Positions 28,251 to 37,788 of a stretch of DNA of 64,000 nucleotides are shown here, one piece after another; the first letter of the stretch is position 1, and every line of letters begins with the position of its first letter. The notes beneath the pieces are model-generated. The model saw nothing but the letters and a program-made list of their open reading frames with translations, was not told the DNA's origin and ran no database searches. The position numbers were made by a program, and so were the translations under genes. Source of the stretch: an uncultured Spirochaetota bacterium. Its GTDB lineage: Bacteria; Spirochaetota; Spirochaetia; SZUA-6; Fen-1364. The stretch covers positions 224,001 through 288,000 of the forward strand of contig CAWJSK010000019.1 of the NCBI GenBank assembly GCA_963845535.1. Reading direction: 5' to 3'.

Positions 28251-30001
28251 ATGGCAGAACAGCTCATCGTCAAAAATCTGCCTTTCATCAAGGTTCTCCC
28301 GGCCTGGGCCCAGGAGCTTTCGTACAAGTACTGCTCGAAAACGGCCAACCTTTATATCCTGTCCGGCAATATCCGGGACTTCCTGCCCCACAAGATGAAG
28401 CAGGGGGAGTTCAACTTCGTCAAAATCCAGGACTACGTCTCTGAAGTCCTCTTCGGCAACCGGGACATCATTGTGTTCTATGACCGATCCTCCGGTGTGA
28501 CCTTCTGCACGCCCGAGATGAAGAAGGACTTTCTGGCAAAGATGCGCCAGCTCGCTCCTCATGCCACCCCGGGGAACCTCCTCACGCGCAATCCCATCAA
28601 AGCGTTGTCGCAGCTTGAGAAATACTTCTACGCGAACATCTCCCATAACAAACGGATCGTCCTGATCGTCGATTACGCGGAGACGGTTGTCCCGAACACG
28701 GACATCTCCCGCTACACGGATGAGGACCGCTACTGCCTCGTGACGCTCAACCGTTGGGCCACGGACCCCATCTTCACGCAGGGGGACGTGTCCATCCTGC
28801 TCCTCACGGAAAACCTCGCGGACCTGAACCCTTCCATTGTCCGCTCCCCGGGGGCCATCAAGGTCAACATCCCCATCCCTGATGAGACGGTGCGCTCGAG
28901 CTTCCTGAGCTTCCTCGAGGGGCAGGACAAGCTTCTCCTCGAGGACGGATTGACCGTCCCGGAGTTCGCGGCAATCACGAGCGGTCTGAACCTCATGAAC
29001 CTCAACCAGCTCGCCGCGGAGAGCTTCCAGGAGGACCGGCAGATCAGCCTGGCCTACCTCAAGGAAAAGAAGAAGCAGATCATCGAGGCGGAAGCGGTGG
29101 GTTTGCTGGAGTTCATTGAGAGCGAGCACGACCTGTCCGCCGTCTCGGGGCATGAGTTCGTGAAGAAGCGTTTTCACAGCGCCGCCAAGGCCATTCGGGA
29201 AGCCCGCCTCGACGTCCTCCCCATGGGGTACCTGATCTCTGGTCCCGTGGGGACGGGCAAGAGCTTCATGGTGAGCGCGTTCACAGGGGAGATCGGAATC
29301 CCCATCGTGAAGTTCCGCAACTTCCGCTCCAAGTGGCAGGGAGTGACGGAATCGAACCTGGAGAAGTGCCTCAACATCCTCAAGGCCATGTCTCCGGTGG
29401 GCGTCATGATAGATGAAGCGGACGCTTTCCTGGGGGACAGGAACCAGGAAGGGGACTCGGGAACCAGCAACCGGATCTTCGCGCAGATCGCCTCCTTCAT
29501 GGGCAACACCGAGTACCGGGGCAAGATCATCTGGTTCCTGATAACCTGCCGGCCCGACCTTCTCCCCATCGACCTCAAGCGCCAGGGGAGGGCGGAGGAG
29601 CATCTTGCCCTGTTCTACCCCGAGGGCATCGAGGAGAAGGAGGACCTGTTTACCACGCTCGTGAAGAAGCTTTCCTTGCGGATCCAGAAGGTCAACGTGG
29701 GGGAGATTTTCCGCAGATACAAGTACGAGTTCTCCGGCGCTGACCTGGAGTCGGTCCTCATCCGCGCCAAGTTCCTTTCCGCAATGAACAATCACGTTTT
29801 CGTTACCAAGGGGGACCTGGAGGAGACCATCCAGGACTTCATGCCGCCGGCGTACCCGCATGAGATCGAGCTGCAGAACCTCGTGGCCGTGCTGGAATGC
29901 ACGAGCCGCGAGATGATCCCCGCCGGTTCCGCGACATGACGCGTGACCGTCTTGTCAGCGAGATCAAACAGTTGAAGGTGCTGCTGCACGAGAGGGAATA
30001 A
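28251..30001 (+). CDS. AAA+ ATPase (Ycf46-like: degenerate N-terminal and intact C-terminal AAA domain); probable frameshift at 29918-29921
   Basis: GPVGTGKS, VMIDEAD, LKRQGR, FSGADLE. As written it stops at 29939; adding one C extends it by RRFRDMTRDRLVSEIKQLKVLLHERE to TAA at 30001. Confidence 0.85.
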
Positions 30002-30099
30002 GTCGCGCCCTTGATTTTCCTTTCCCCATCACTACAATTGTGAGATAGCTTGAAGGGCGGGCTCCCCCGCGCCGGCCTTTCGAAAGGTGGAAAACGAAA

Positions 30100-30684
30100 G
30101 TGGCTTCTCGAAAAGTGCGGATCGCGCGCGCCACGCGCGAGACGGATGTCACTTTGACCCTGGATCCCGACGCGCTCGGGGACGGGAAGGTCCGGACAGG
30201 GCTGCCATTCTTCGACCACCTTCTTGCCAGCATGGCGTTTCATGGCAGATTCCTGCTTGATGTGGATGCAAAAGGCGATCTCGATGTGGATGCTCACCAC
30301 CTTGTGGAGGACGTCGGCATAGTCCTCGGCCAGGCCCTTTCCGCGGTGCTTGCGAAAACCGCGCAGGTGAAGCGCTTTGCGTACTCCCTCATACCAATGG
30401 ACGAGGCGCTGGCGCGGGTCGTCATCGACGTGTGCGGAAGGCCCACGCTCGTGTGGCGCGTGAAGCTTCCTCAAGCATGGGCGGGCACGTTCGACCTGTC
30501 GCTTCTGCGGGAGTTTTTCGAGGGGCTCGTTGCGCAGGCCCGGGTCAGTCTCCACGTGGATGCCCGCAGGGGCCGCAACAGTCACCACATGGTGGAAGCG
30601 GCGTTCAAGGCGCTGGGCAAGTGCATCCACGAAGCGTACGCGCCCGCCGAGCAGGAGATGTCCACCAAGGGACAGATTGGCTGA
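30100..30684 (+). CDS. hisB: Imidazoleglycerol-phosphate dehydratase
   Basis: RATRETDV, FFDHLL, GDLDVDAHHLVEDVG, PMDEAL, NSHHMVEAAFKA, STKG. Confidence 0.96.
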   Translation: MASRKVRIARATRETDVTLTLDPDALGDGKVRTGLPFFDHLLASMAFHGRFLLDVDAKGDLDVDAHHLVEDVGIVLGQALSAVLAKTAQVKRFAYSLIPMDEALARVVIDVCGRPTLVWRVKLPQAWAGTFDLSLLREFFEGLVAQARVSLHVDARRGRNSHHMVEAAFKALGKCIHEAYAPAEQEMSTKGQIG

Positions 30685-30799
30685 GGAAAAGTTTGCGCGG
30701 CACTCGAAGCGGCGCCGAAATGGCGCTCGGAAGGAAGGGAGTTCTTTACTCTTGGTGGCGAAACAGGTATCTTGAAAACGTAGGAAATGTTACCAACGC

Positions 30800-31150
30800 A
30801 TGAGCGCGCAGGATATCCTGAAAAAGTTGCCATCGGGAGGATTTCTCAAAACAACACGGGGAGCCAGTGCGCGGATCAGCAAAGAGCAGAGGGTGGCGCT
30901 CATCCGCCGGGGCAACGAGCTTTTCAACAAGGGGGACTTCGATCTCGCGCAGAAGATCTTCGTTACTACGAAATATTCCGACGGCCTGATCAGGATTGGG
31001 GACCGCCTGGCGGACGGGGGAAAGCCTCTGGAGGCCCTCCGCGCGTACTGGCTTGCCCCGTGTCCTGAAAAAGCGGCGGTCCTGATCGAAAGAATTGCGA
31101 AGGTGATGAAACAATGGCTGGCAGAGGGGAAGAAAGCGGGTACGACATGA
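30800..31150 (+). CDS. Conserved hypothetical helical protein
   Basis: LIRRGNELFNKG..AQKIF..YSDGLIRIGD; ATGA overlap with the TPR gene. Confidence 0.7.
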   Translation: MSAQDILKKLPSGGFLKTTRGASARISKEQRVALIRRGNELFNKGDFDLAQKIFVTTKYSDGLIRIGDRLADGGKPLEALRAYWLAPCPEKAAVLIERIAKVMKQWLAEGKKAGTT

Positions 31151-32250
31151 GCAATGAGAACAAAATGTCGGAACCGATCCAGGTATCGATATCCGAGCTC
31201 TCCAAACGGGGCTACCAGCTCCTCAAGGAGGACCATATTGCAGAGGCTGAGGAGAACTTCCGCCGTATCCTGGAAGTGGAGCCTCAGAACAACTACGCTC
31301 TTGTCGGCATGGGGGACGCCGCGCGCAAGCGCAAGTCCTACCATGAGGCCATCCGATATTACGAGGAATGCCTCGGCTACCACGTGGGCAACAAGTATGC
31401 GCTGGTCGGGCTTGCTGACAGCTACCGTTCCCTGAAGCAGTTCCACCGGGCCATCGAGATTTGGGAGAAGTACCTCGCCCAGGGAGACAGTGACGTGACG
31501 GTGCTCACCCGCATTGCGGACGCGTACCGCAAAGTGCTGGACTTCAACAGGTCCAAGGAGATCTACCACAAGATCCTGGAGATAGACCCCGGAAATCCCT
31601 ACGCGCTCACCGGCTTGGGCTACCTCCACTTCGATCTCAAGGAATACCGGGAAGCGCTCACCTACTGGGAGCGCATGCATGAGAAGGACCCCAAGAACAT
31701 CTGGGTGCTCACCTCCATCGGCAACTGCTATCGCAAGCTGAAGACCTATGAGAAGGGGATCCCGTACTTCAAGAAGGCCCTGGAGATCCAGCCCAACAAC
31801 TTCTACGCGCTCTTCGGGCTCGCGGACTGCTACCGCGGGATGAACGACCCGCAGGAATCGCTGTTCTACTGGCAGAAGATCCTTGCCGCGGATCCCGACA
31901 ACAAGGTCATCCTCACCCGGATCGGGGACTCGTACCGCGCCATGAATGACCTGGACACGGCCAAGGATTTCTACAGCAAGGCTTTGAACATCGAGTTCGA
32001 CAGCTACGCTGTCCTGGGGCTCGCTCTCATCAACAAGGAGAAGGGCAACTACCTGGAGGCAATCGAAAGCCTTTCCGGGCTGCTCGTCAATGACGCCAAG
32101 AACCCGCGGCTGTACCTCGAGATTGCCCAGTCCTGGCTTGCGCTGGAGAAGAAGGACAAGGCGCTGGAAGTCCTCACGCGCGCCCAGCGCATGGGCGTGA
32201 AGAACCTCGGCGTGGCGGAGCTGCTGGAAAAACTGCAGAAGGGAATCTAA
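31147..32250 (+). CDS. Tetratricopeptide repeat protein
   Basis: About ten 34-aa repeats, e.g. PQNNYALVGMGDA, PGNPYALTGLGY, PNNFYALFGLAD. Confidence 0.9.
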   Translation: MSNENKMSEPIQVSISELSKRGYQLLKEDHIAEAEENFRRILEVEPQNNYALVGMGDAARKRKSYHEAIRYYEECLGYHVGNKYALVGLADSYRSLKQFHRAIEIWEKYLAQGDSDVTVLTRIADAYRKVLDFNRSKEIYHKILEIDPGNPYALTGLGYLHFDLKEYREALTYWERMHEKDPKNIWVLTSIGNCYRKLKTYEKGIPYFKKALEIQPNNFYALFGLADCYRGMNDPQESLFYWQKILAADPDNKVILTRIGDSYRAMNDLDTAKDFYSKALNIEFDSYAVLGLALINKEKGNYLEAIESLSGLLVNDAKNPRLYLEIAQSWLALEKKDKALEVLTRAQRMGVKNLGVAELLEKLQKGI

Positions 32251-32269
32251 GAGCCGCGGCGGGGCGTGG

Positions 32270-33799
32270 CTACTCGGCTCGGGATGTCTTCCGCTCAGCA
32301 ACAATCACGCACCATGACGGCATGCGCCTGAGACGCGCATGGCCGCCCGCGAGCCTCTCCACCGCGACAAGCCGGCATTGCCATACGTCATGAACGTGGA
32401 GCTCGTAGACGGTTTCGCTTTGGGCGGCCATTCCGAGCTGGAAGCCGGGCCGGTCCTTGTATCCCGGTCCGAAGAAATACACGAACGCATCCTCACCGCA
32501 GGAAAGACAAAAGAAATCCACCCCGTCCGAGAGCCGAAGGTTCGGAGAGAGATCCTGGAACGGGACTGACTCCATGATGGCCCTCAGATACGAGAGTCGC
32601 CGCGGACTTTCTCCCGCCAGCGTACCGCCCGTGCTCCAGAACACATGGGAGCGGTCTCCGTCCCACACGTACATCTCTCCGTGCGTGGCGTATGCCCCTG
32701 CCATGAAAGCCATCCAGTGCCGCTTGACTTCCAGCTCAGCGCTCGCATTCCCGTAGTCATTCGGCACATTGCCCTCGTACTGGTATTCGTCGTCGATTAC
32801 GGGCTTTCCGTATTCTTCCCGCAAGCGGATGGCAAGCGACCACGTGTTCGGATGCTGATACGAGACGTGCGTCATCCACTCCTCGTTCGGGTAGATCGGC
32901 CCCCACGTCCAGTTGTGGATGGAGCGCGGATGGCCAACATGGTCCAGGCGCTCGATGAGCTGGCCAATCGCCCGCCAGTCCTTCCGCCTCAGCGCGTGGC
33001 CTCCTTCCGAAAAGGATATTCCGAAGAGATCGTATTCGTTCGCCAGTGACCACCACACGTTGCGGAATGCAGAAAACCGGGCGCAGACGTACCCCACGTA
33101 GAGCAGGTCGTCATTTGACGTCATTCCCTGCGGGATTCCCCAGAGGGAGACGTCATAGGGGTGGAAGAGGATGACATCAGCCTCGACGCCCCTGTCCCGC
33201 AACTGCGCGATGCGGCGCTCGTAGCGTCGGAAATACTCGGGATTGGGCCGGGAAAAGTCGAGCGCGCGAGGCTTCCCCTCGAACGGCAGCACCGCCGGGC
33301 TCCCGTCGATGCGAAACAGATCAGTATCCGTCCCATACTCCTTGGGGAAAACGAGCATCCTGATCTTGTTGAAACGGTAATTGCCGAACGATTCCAGGGT
33401 GGATTCCACCCGGGCTTCATCCTGGTACGTCCAGGCATACGCGGTGGTTCCCAGCGGGAAAAAAGGGGTGCCGTCCGCGTGGCGGAAATGATGCCCTTCC
33501 GCGCGGACCGGTCCGTGGTTGTCGCCCGCTGCCCGTGCGCATTCGAAGATCCCCACTCTGCCGTCGAGCTCGGAAAGCGTGCCGTGAGTCTCGTAGTGCC
33601 ACGTGCCCGGGAGATCGGGAGAAAATCGCACCCGGTACACCCCGTCGCCGTCGTAGAAGCCGTCGACGGCAACGACACGCGTCCCTTGAGTGAACGTTGC
33701 AGCAACGTGCGCATCCGTGAAGGGATTGTCGGGGAGCTTTGCCGCTCTGACTTCAAGGTCGAAAACTCCCCATTGCTCGACGGACCGTATTTCGCTCAT
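32270..33799 (-). CDS. DUF5060/DUF4038-domain putative glycoside hydrolase
   Basis: VEQWGVF..NPF..VDGFYDGDGVYRVRFSP..GTWHY, ADGTPFFPLGTTAYAW, WSLANEYD, DEYQYEGN, YATHGE. Confidence 0.8.
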   Translation of the reverse strand: MSEIRSVEQWGVFDLEVRAAKLPDNPFTDAHVAATFTQGTRVVAVDGFYDGDGVYRVRFSPDLPGTWHYETHGTLSELDGRVGIFECARAAGDNHGPVRAEGHHFRHADGTPFFPLGTTAYAWTYQDEARVESTLESFGNYRFNKIRMLVFPKEYGTDTDLFRIDGSPAVLPFEGKPRALDFSRPNPEYFRRYERRIAQLRDRGVEADVILFHPYDVSLWGIPQGMTSNDDLLYVGYVCARFSAFRNVWWSLANEYDLFGISFSEGGHALRRKDWRAIGQLIERLDHVGHPRSIHNWTWGPIYPNEEWMTHVSYQHPNTWSLAIRLREEYGKPVIDDEYQYEGNVPNDYGNASAELEVKRHWMAFMAGAYATHGEMYVWDGDRSHVFWSTGGTLAGESPRRLSYLRAIMESVPFQDLSPNLRLSDGVDFFCLSCGEDAFVYFFGPGYKDRPGFQLGMAAQSETVYELHVHDVWQCRLVAVERLAGGHARLRRMPSWCVIVAERKTSRAE

Positions 33800-34632
33800 C
33801 CCTTGATGGCTCCGGCGGACATCCCGCGAATGACATTCTCCTGGAAAGCAATGTAGATGATCGTCACGGGAATGATGGCCGCCATGAGACCCGCGGCCAT
33901 CATTCCGTAGTTCGTGAAGTATTGACCCTGCATTGCGGCTATGCCCTGCGTCAGCGTCTTTCGCGCCGTGATGGACATGAGGACGTTCGCGTACACGAAC
34001 TCGTTCCAGGCGCCGAGGAGCGTGAGCGTGCCTGCCGTGGCAAGCCCCGGCTGCGAGAGCGGCAGGATCACGTGGAAGAACACCCTGCCCGGTCCGGCGC
34101 CGTCGATGACCGCCGCCTCCTCGATCTCGTGCGGAATGCTTCTCATGAATCCGACGAGAAGAAACACCGCGAGGCTTATGTTGACCGCCGCGTACACGAG
34201 GATGAGCCCGATGCGGGTATTCATGAGCGCCAGGTTCTTGACCAGGATGAACGTGGGGATCAGGAGAGCCTGATAGGGGATCATGATTCCGACGGCGAAG
34301 AAGAGATACACAACGGGGCTTTTCCAGACGCGCGCCAGGATGTAGGAGCTCATGGCAGAGCTGAGAAGGACGATGAACATGACGACAGCCGTGATGATCA
34401 GGCTGTTGAAGAAGTTGACGCCTATGTTCGCGATCTGCCACGCGTCGATGTAATTGTGCCAGGCATAGATTTTCGGCAGGCCGAAGGGATTGCTGTACAG
34501 CTCGAAGTTATCCTTGAAGGACGTGATGACCACCCAGACAAACGGGTACAGGGCAAGCGCGGCGAACACGAACAGCGTGACGTATTTCGCCACTATCGCG
34601 GCCACGCGCGGCCGGGTGCTTCCCTCTCTCAT
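33796..34632 (-). CDS. Carbohydrate ABC transporter permease (MalG-like)
   Basis: EAA loop IPHEIEEAAVIDGA, AWNEF, six TM segments. Confidence 0.92.
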   Translation of the reverse strand: MREGSTRPRVAAIVAKYVTLFVFAALALYPFVWVVITSFKDNFELYSNPFGLPKIYAWHNYIDAWQIANIGVNFFNSLIITAVVMFIVLLSSAMSSYILARVWKSPVVYLFFAVGIMIPYQALLIPTFILVKNLALMNTRIGLILVYAAVNISLAVFLLVGFMRSIPHEIEEAAVIDGAGPGRVFFHVILPLSQPGLATAGTLTLLGAWNEFVYANVLMSITARKTLTQGIAAMQGQYFTNYGMMAAGLMAAIIPVTIIYIAFQENVIRGMSAGAIKG

Positions 34633-35508
34633 GAGTATTCGACTCCTTCACGCCCCGCCAGGCGCCGGTAGAGGACGGTGAATGCAAGGGAGAGAACGAC
34701 GATTGAAATGGCAACGGCGCTCCCGTATCCGAACCTGCGTTCCAGGAATGCGACGCGGAACATGTAGACCGTGAGGTAGGACGAGCGGTAGCCGGGACCT
34801 CCCTGCGTCATGATCCAGGGGTGCTCGAACGCCTTCATGGAGCCCGTGACGCAGAGGATGACGGCCAACTGGATGACCTCCCAGACAAGGGGTACTGCCA
34901 TGGAGAAGAAGGACCTCGTGGATGATGCGCCGTCGATGGTTGCGCTCTCGAATATCTGCTCCGGCAGGGACTGGAGAGCCGCAAAGAAGATCACGACGTA
35001 CAGGCCGATGTATTGCCATACCTGCGGGAGGATCACCATGTACAGGAGCACGTGCGGATCTGAAAGCCACTGACGCTGCCAGGACGACAGGTGCAGGGCG
35101 GCCAGAAGGCCATTGAGCAGGCCGATCTCGCTGTTGTAGAACAGCCGAAACATGAGACCCACCGCAATGGGCGCAATTACCACCGGGCAGAAAAAGGATT
35201 GCCCGCACCACTTTGAAGCCCCGCGTCCTTCGGTACAGAAGGTAGGCCAGGATGAGCCCCAGGGGGACCTGGATGGCAACGGATATCCCGACCATCTTCG
35301 CCGTGTTGGCGAACGTCATCCAGTAGTTCCTCGTTCCCAGGAGCTCCAGGAAGTTCATCCCCGCGATGAACTTCCTGGCGGCGATCCCGTCCCATTCCGT
35401 GAGGCTGTACCACGCGGAGGCAACGAGCGGTCCGACGACAAAGACCACGTAGAGAACCAGCGCCGGCGCAAGGAAGAGGATGCAGAAAAGTCTCAGCTTT
35501 CGCTTCAT
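34629..35508 (-). CDS. Carbohydrate ABC transporter permease (MalF-like); apparent frameshift at ~35185-35199
   Basis: N half (ORF ..35508) and C half (ORF 34629..) join at RAILFLP/PVVIAP if one base is removed; ESATIDGA, MTQGGPG. Confidence 0.88.
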
Positions 35509-35567
35509 GGCGTGGACGAATCCATGCGACCGGGCGGCAGATCGATTCCGCCGCCCGGTGCATGAGA

Positions 35568-36851
35568 CTACTTCTTGAAGGAAGCCTGAACCTTGTCGAC
35601 GAACTCCTTCGGGCTGATGACGCCCGCAAAGAGCTCATCCAGGCTGGACTGATAGGTCTGCGCCGCGGTGTTGTCCCAGATGTTCCACCAGTGCGCGGTG
35701 ACCTTGTCCATGTTCGCCGTGAACGCCAGCACTTTCTGCATGACCTCGTTGAAGCTCGTCGTGTTCATCTTGTATTTCTTCGTGGGAATGAGCCCGCCCT
35801 TGATGAGCTGGTCGAAGAGCTGGTCCGATGTCATGAAATCCATGAGCGCCACGAGCGCCTTCTGCTTGGCCGGCGATTCGAAGGACGCCTTGTTGACGAC
35901 GATTCCGAACACCGCGCCGCCGGAGATGAACTTCGTCGGGTCCTGCGTCGCGCCGGGCATCCGGGGAACCGCAATGGGGACGCTCTTGTCCTGCATGTCC
36001 TTGTTCATTGCGCCGAGCATCCACGGGTACGTGTAGATCATCGCGGCCCGTCCCTCGTTATAGAGCGCGAACGACGGTCCCCAGTCCCCGTTGGCCAGCG
36101 TGTCCTTGGGGAAGAGGCCCTGGGCCTTCATGTCGGCCATGAGCTGGGCCGTGCGCAGCGCGTTGTCCGTGGCGAACTGCCGTGTCTTCGGCAGGTTCGT
36201 GAGCTCTTCGACCGCGCCGGGGAACTGCGTGTAGACCTCGCTGAACCAGAAGTGCGAGGGGTTGCCGCCCTGGCTTCCCATGGCGAACGGGATGATGTTG
36301 TTCTGCTGGAAGACCTTGCCCACCTTTACCATCTCTTCGTACGTGGTAGGGTAGGACAGGTTGTATTTCTTGAACAACTCGGAGTTCACCAGAAACGCCG
36401 CAACGTACCCTTCCAGCGGGATTCCGTACACGGCGTTGCCCACGCGGTAGAGGTTCCACGCGGAGTCGCTGAAATCGCTTTTCTTGAGATTCTTCGTGAC
36501 GGCAAGATACTCATCGATAGTGAGGAGCTTCCCGCCGTCGACAAGCGGAACAAGGCGGCTTCCGCCCCAGTAGGTCCAGATGTCCGGCAGGCTTCCGCCG
36601 GCCAGGTCCACCTGGATCTTGTTGAACATGTTGTCTCCGCTTGCGGTCTCTGTCACGATGGTGAACTCGCCGGCGTGCGCGGCGGCAAACTTGGCAAGCG
36701 CCGGTCCGAAGTAGGGTCCCTTGGCGTCACCCTCACCCCACGTGTGGGCGAACCGTAGTGAGGGAATGCCCCCTTTGGTCTCAGCCGCTCCTCCGGCAAA
36801 GGCAACGAGCGGGACGAGCGCGACGGCCAGGAGAAACAGGACACGTTTCAT
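35568..36851 (-). CDS. Carbohydrate ABC transporter substrate-binding protein
   Basis: GGAGG SD, signal MKRVLFLLAVALVPLVAFAGG, LPDIW, VYGIP, NSELFKKYNL. Confidence 0.9.
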   Translation of the reverse strand: MKRVLFLLAVALVPLVAFAGGAAETKGGIPSLRFAHTWGEGDAKGPYFGPALAKFAAAHAGEFTIVTETASGDNMFNKIQVDLAGGSLPDIWTYWGGSRLVPLVDGGKLLTIDEYLAVTKNLKKSDFSDSAWNLYRVGNAVYGIPLEGYVAAFLVNSELFKKYNLSYPTTYEEMVKVGKVFQQNNIIPFAMGSQGGNPSHFWFSEVYTQFPGAVEELTNLPKTRQFATDNALRTAQLMADMKAQGLFPKDTLANGDWGPSFALYNEGRAAMIYTYPWMLGAMNKDMQDKSVPIAVPRMPGATQDPTKFISGGAVFGIVVNKASFESPAKQKALVALMDFMTSDQLFDQLIKGGLIPTKKYKMNTTSFNEVMQKVLAFTANMDKVTAHWWNIWDNTAAQTYQSSLDELFAGVISPKEFVDKVQASFKK

Positions 36852-36960
36852 ACCAACACCTCCGATTGATGACTTTGCTCCTCCGTGTATTGTCCTGCAT
36901 CCCGGCGCCGCGTAAAGAAGACAATCATACAGAACACCGCACAATCGGACGAATCGTGCC

Positions 36961-37788
36961 TTACGGGCTGGTTCGGCCTCCATGGTGCGCGCTTTCCCGG
37001 TATTCTCCGGGGCTCTGTGAGATGCGCGCCCTGAAAACCCGGGCAAAGTAGTTCGGGTCGGCGTATCCAACCATCCTCGCAATCTCCGCAACAGAGAACT
37101 CCAGATGCTCAAGGAGGCCGCGAGCCGCGCTGATCCGTTCGTTGTTGAGGAAGTCCACAAAGGATCGTCCGGTTTCACGCCGAAAATGTTCTGCGAAGCT
37201 GCTTCGGCTCATTCCGACGGAGACCGCGACGTCGTCCAGCGTTATCGGCTCAGCCATTCGCGCCCTCAGAATGCCAATGGCCTTTGCAATCCGCGGGTCG
37301 CCGACAACCGGCTCCGGGGCCAGCGGTCCACGCTCCTTTTCCCGCAGCACCGCCTGGAGCGTCTGGTTCTGCCGCTGCGTTCTTCGCGCTACCCTGCGGG
37401 CGTCTTCCTCGCGCTCGATCTCCGCGATCATCCGCTCCAGGATGAGATGGATTTCATCCGCTCGCACGGGCTTGAGCAGGTAGTCCTTGACTCCCAGGCG
37501 CATTGCGCGCTGGGCGTATGCAAAGTCGGCATGTCCGGTCACGACGATGAACCTGCTGTCCCTGGATTCGCTCCCAAGACGCTCAATCAGCTCCAGGCCG
37601 TCGAATCCGGGGAGGCGAATGTCGGTGAAAACGATCCTGGGCTTGCGGAGCCGGCACAAACGCAAGGCCTGCGGTCCGTCCTCCGCTTCAACGACAAGGA
37701 ACAGCCCGAGCCGCTTCCAGGCAATCTCGCTGATCAGCAGCCTGCGGACCCATGGCTCGTCTTCGACAATCGCGACCGGTATGCTCAT
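36961..37788 (-). CDS. Response regulator, REC + AraC HTH (YesN-like)
   Basis: IVEDE, TDIRLPGFDGL, DYLLKP, VGYADPNYFARVF. Confidence 0.92.
   Translation of the reverse strand: MSIPVAIVEDEPWVRRLLISEIAWKRLGLFLVVEAEDGPQALRLCRLRKPRIVFTDIRLPGFDGLELIERLGSESRDSRFIVVTGHADFAYAQRAMRLGVKDYLLKPVRADEIHLILERMIAEIEREEDARRVARRTQRQNQTLQAVLREKERGPLAPEPVVGDPRIAKAIGILRARMAEPITLDDVAVSVGMSRSSFAEHFRRETGRSFVDFLNNERISAARGLLEHLEFSVAEIARMVGYADPNYFARVFRARISQSPGEYRESAHHGGRTSP

Noticed and set aside
27297..29861. Long antisense ORFs (e.g. 27297..29861, 46454..48325, 1547..2755, 49134..50534)
   Set aside because: Shadow frames of high-GC coding genes; no recognisable motifs, and they lie largely opposite well-supported CDSs.
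32270..34441. Over-long ORF-track starts (723-aa hydrolase, 760-aa AlaRS, 645-aa GH1, 536-aa SBP, 448-aa Prs)
   Set aside because: The extensions overlap neighbouring genes and lack homology-like content; internal starts with an SD or -10 box fit better.
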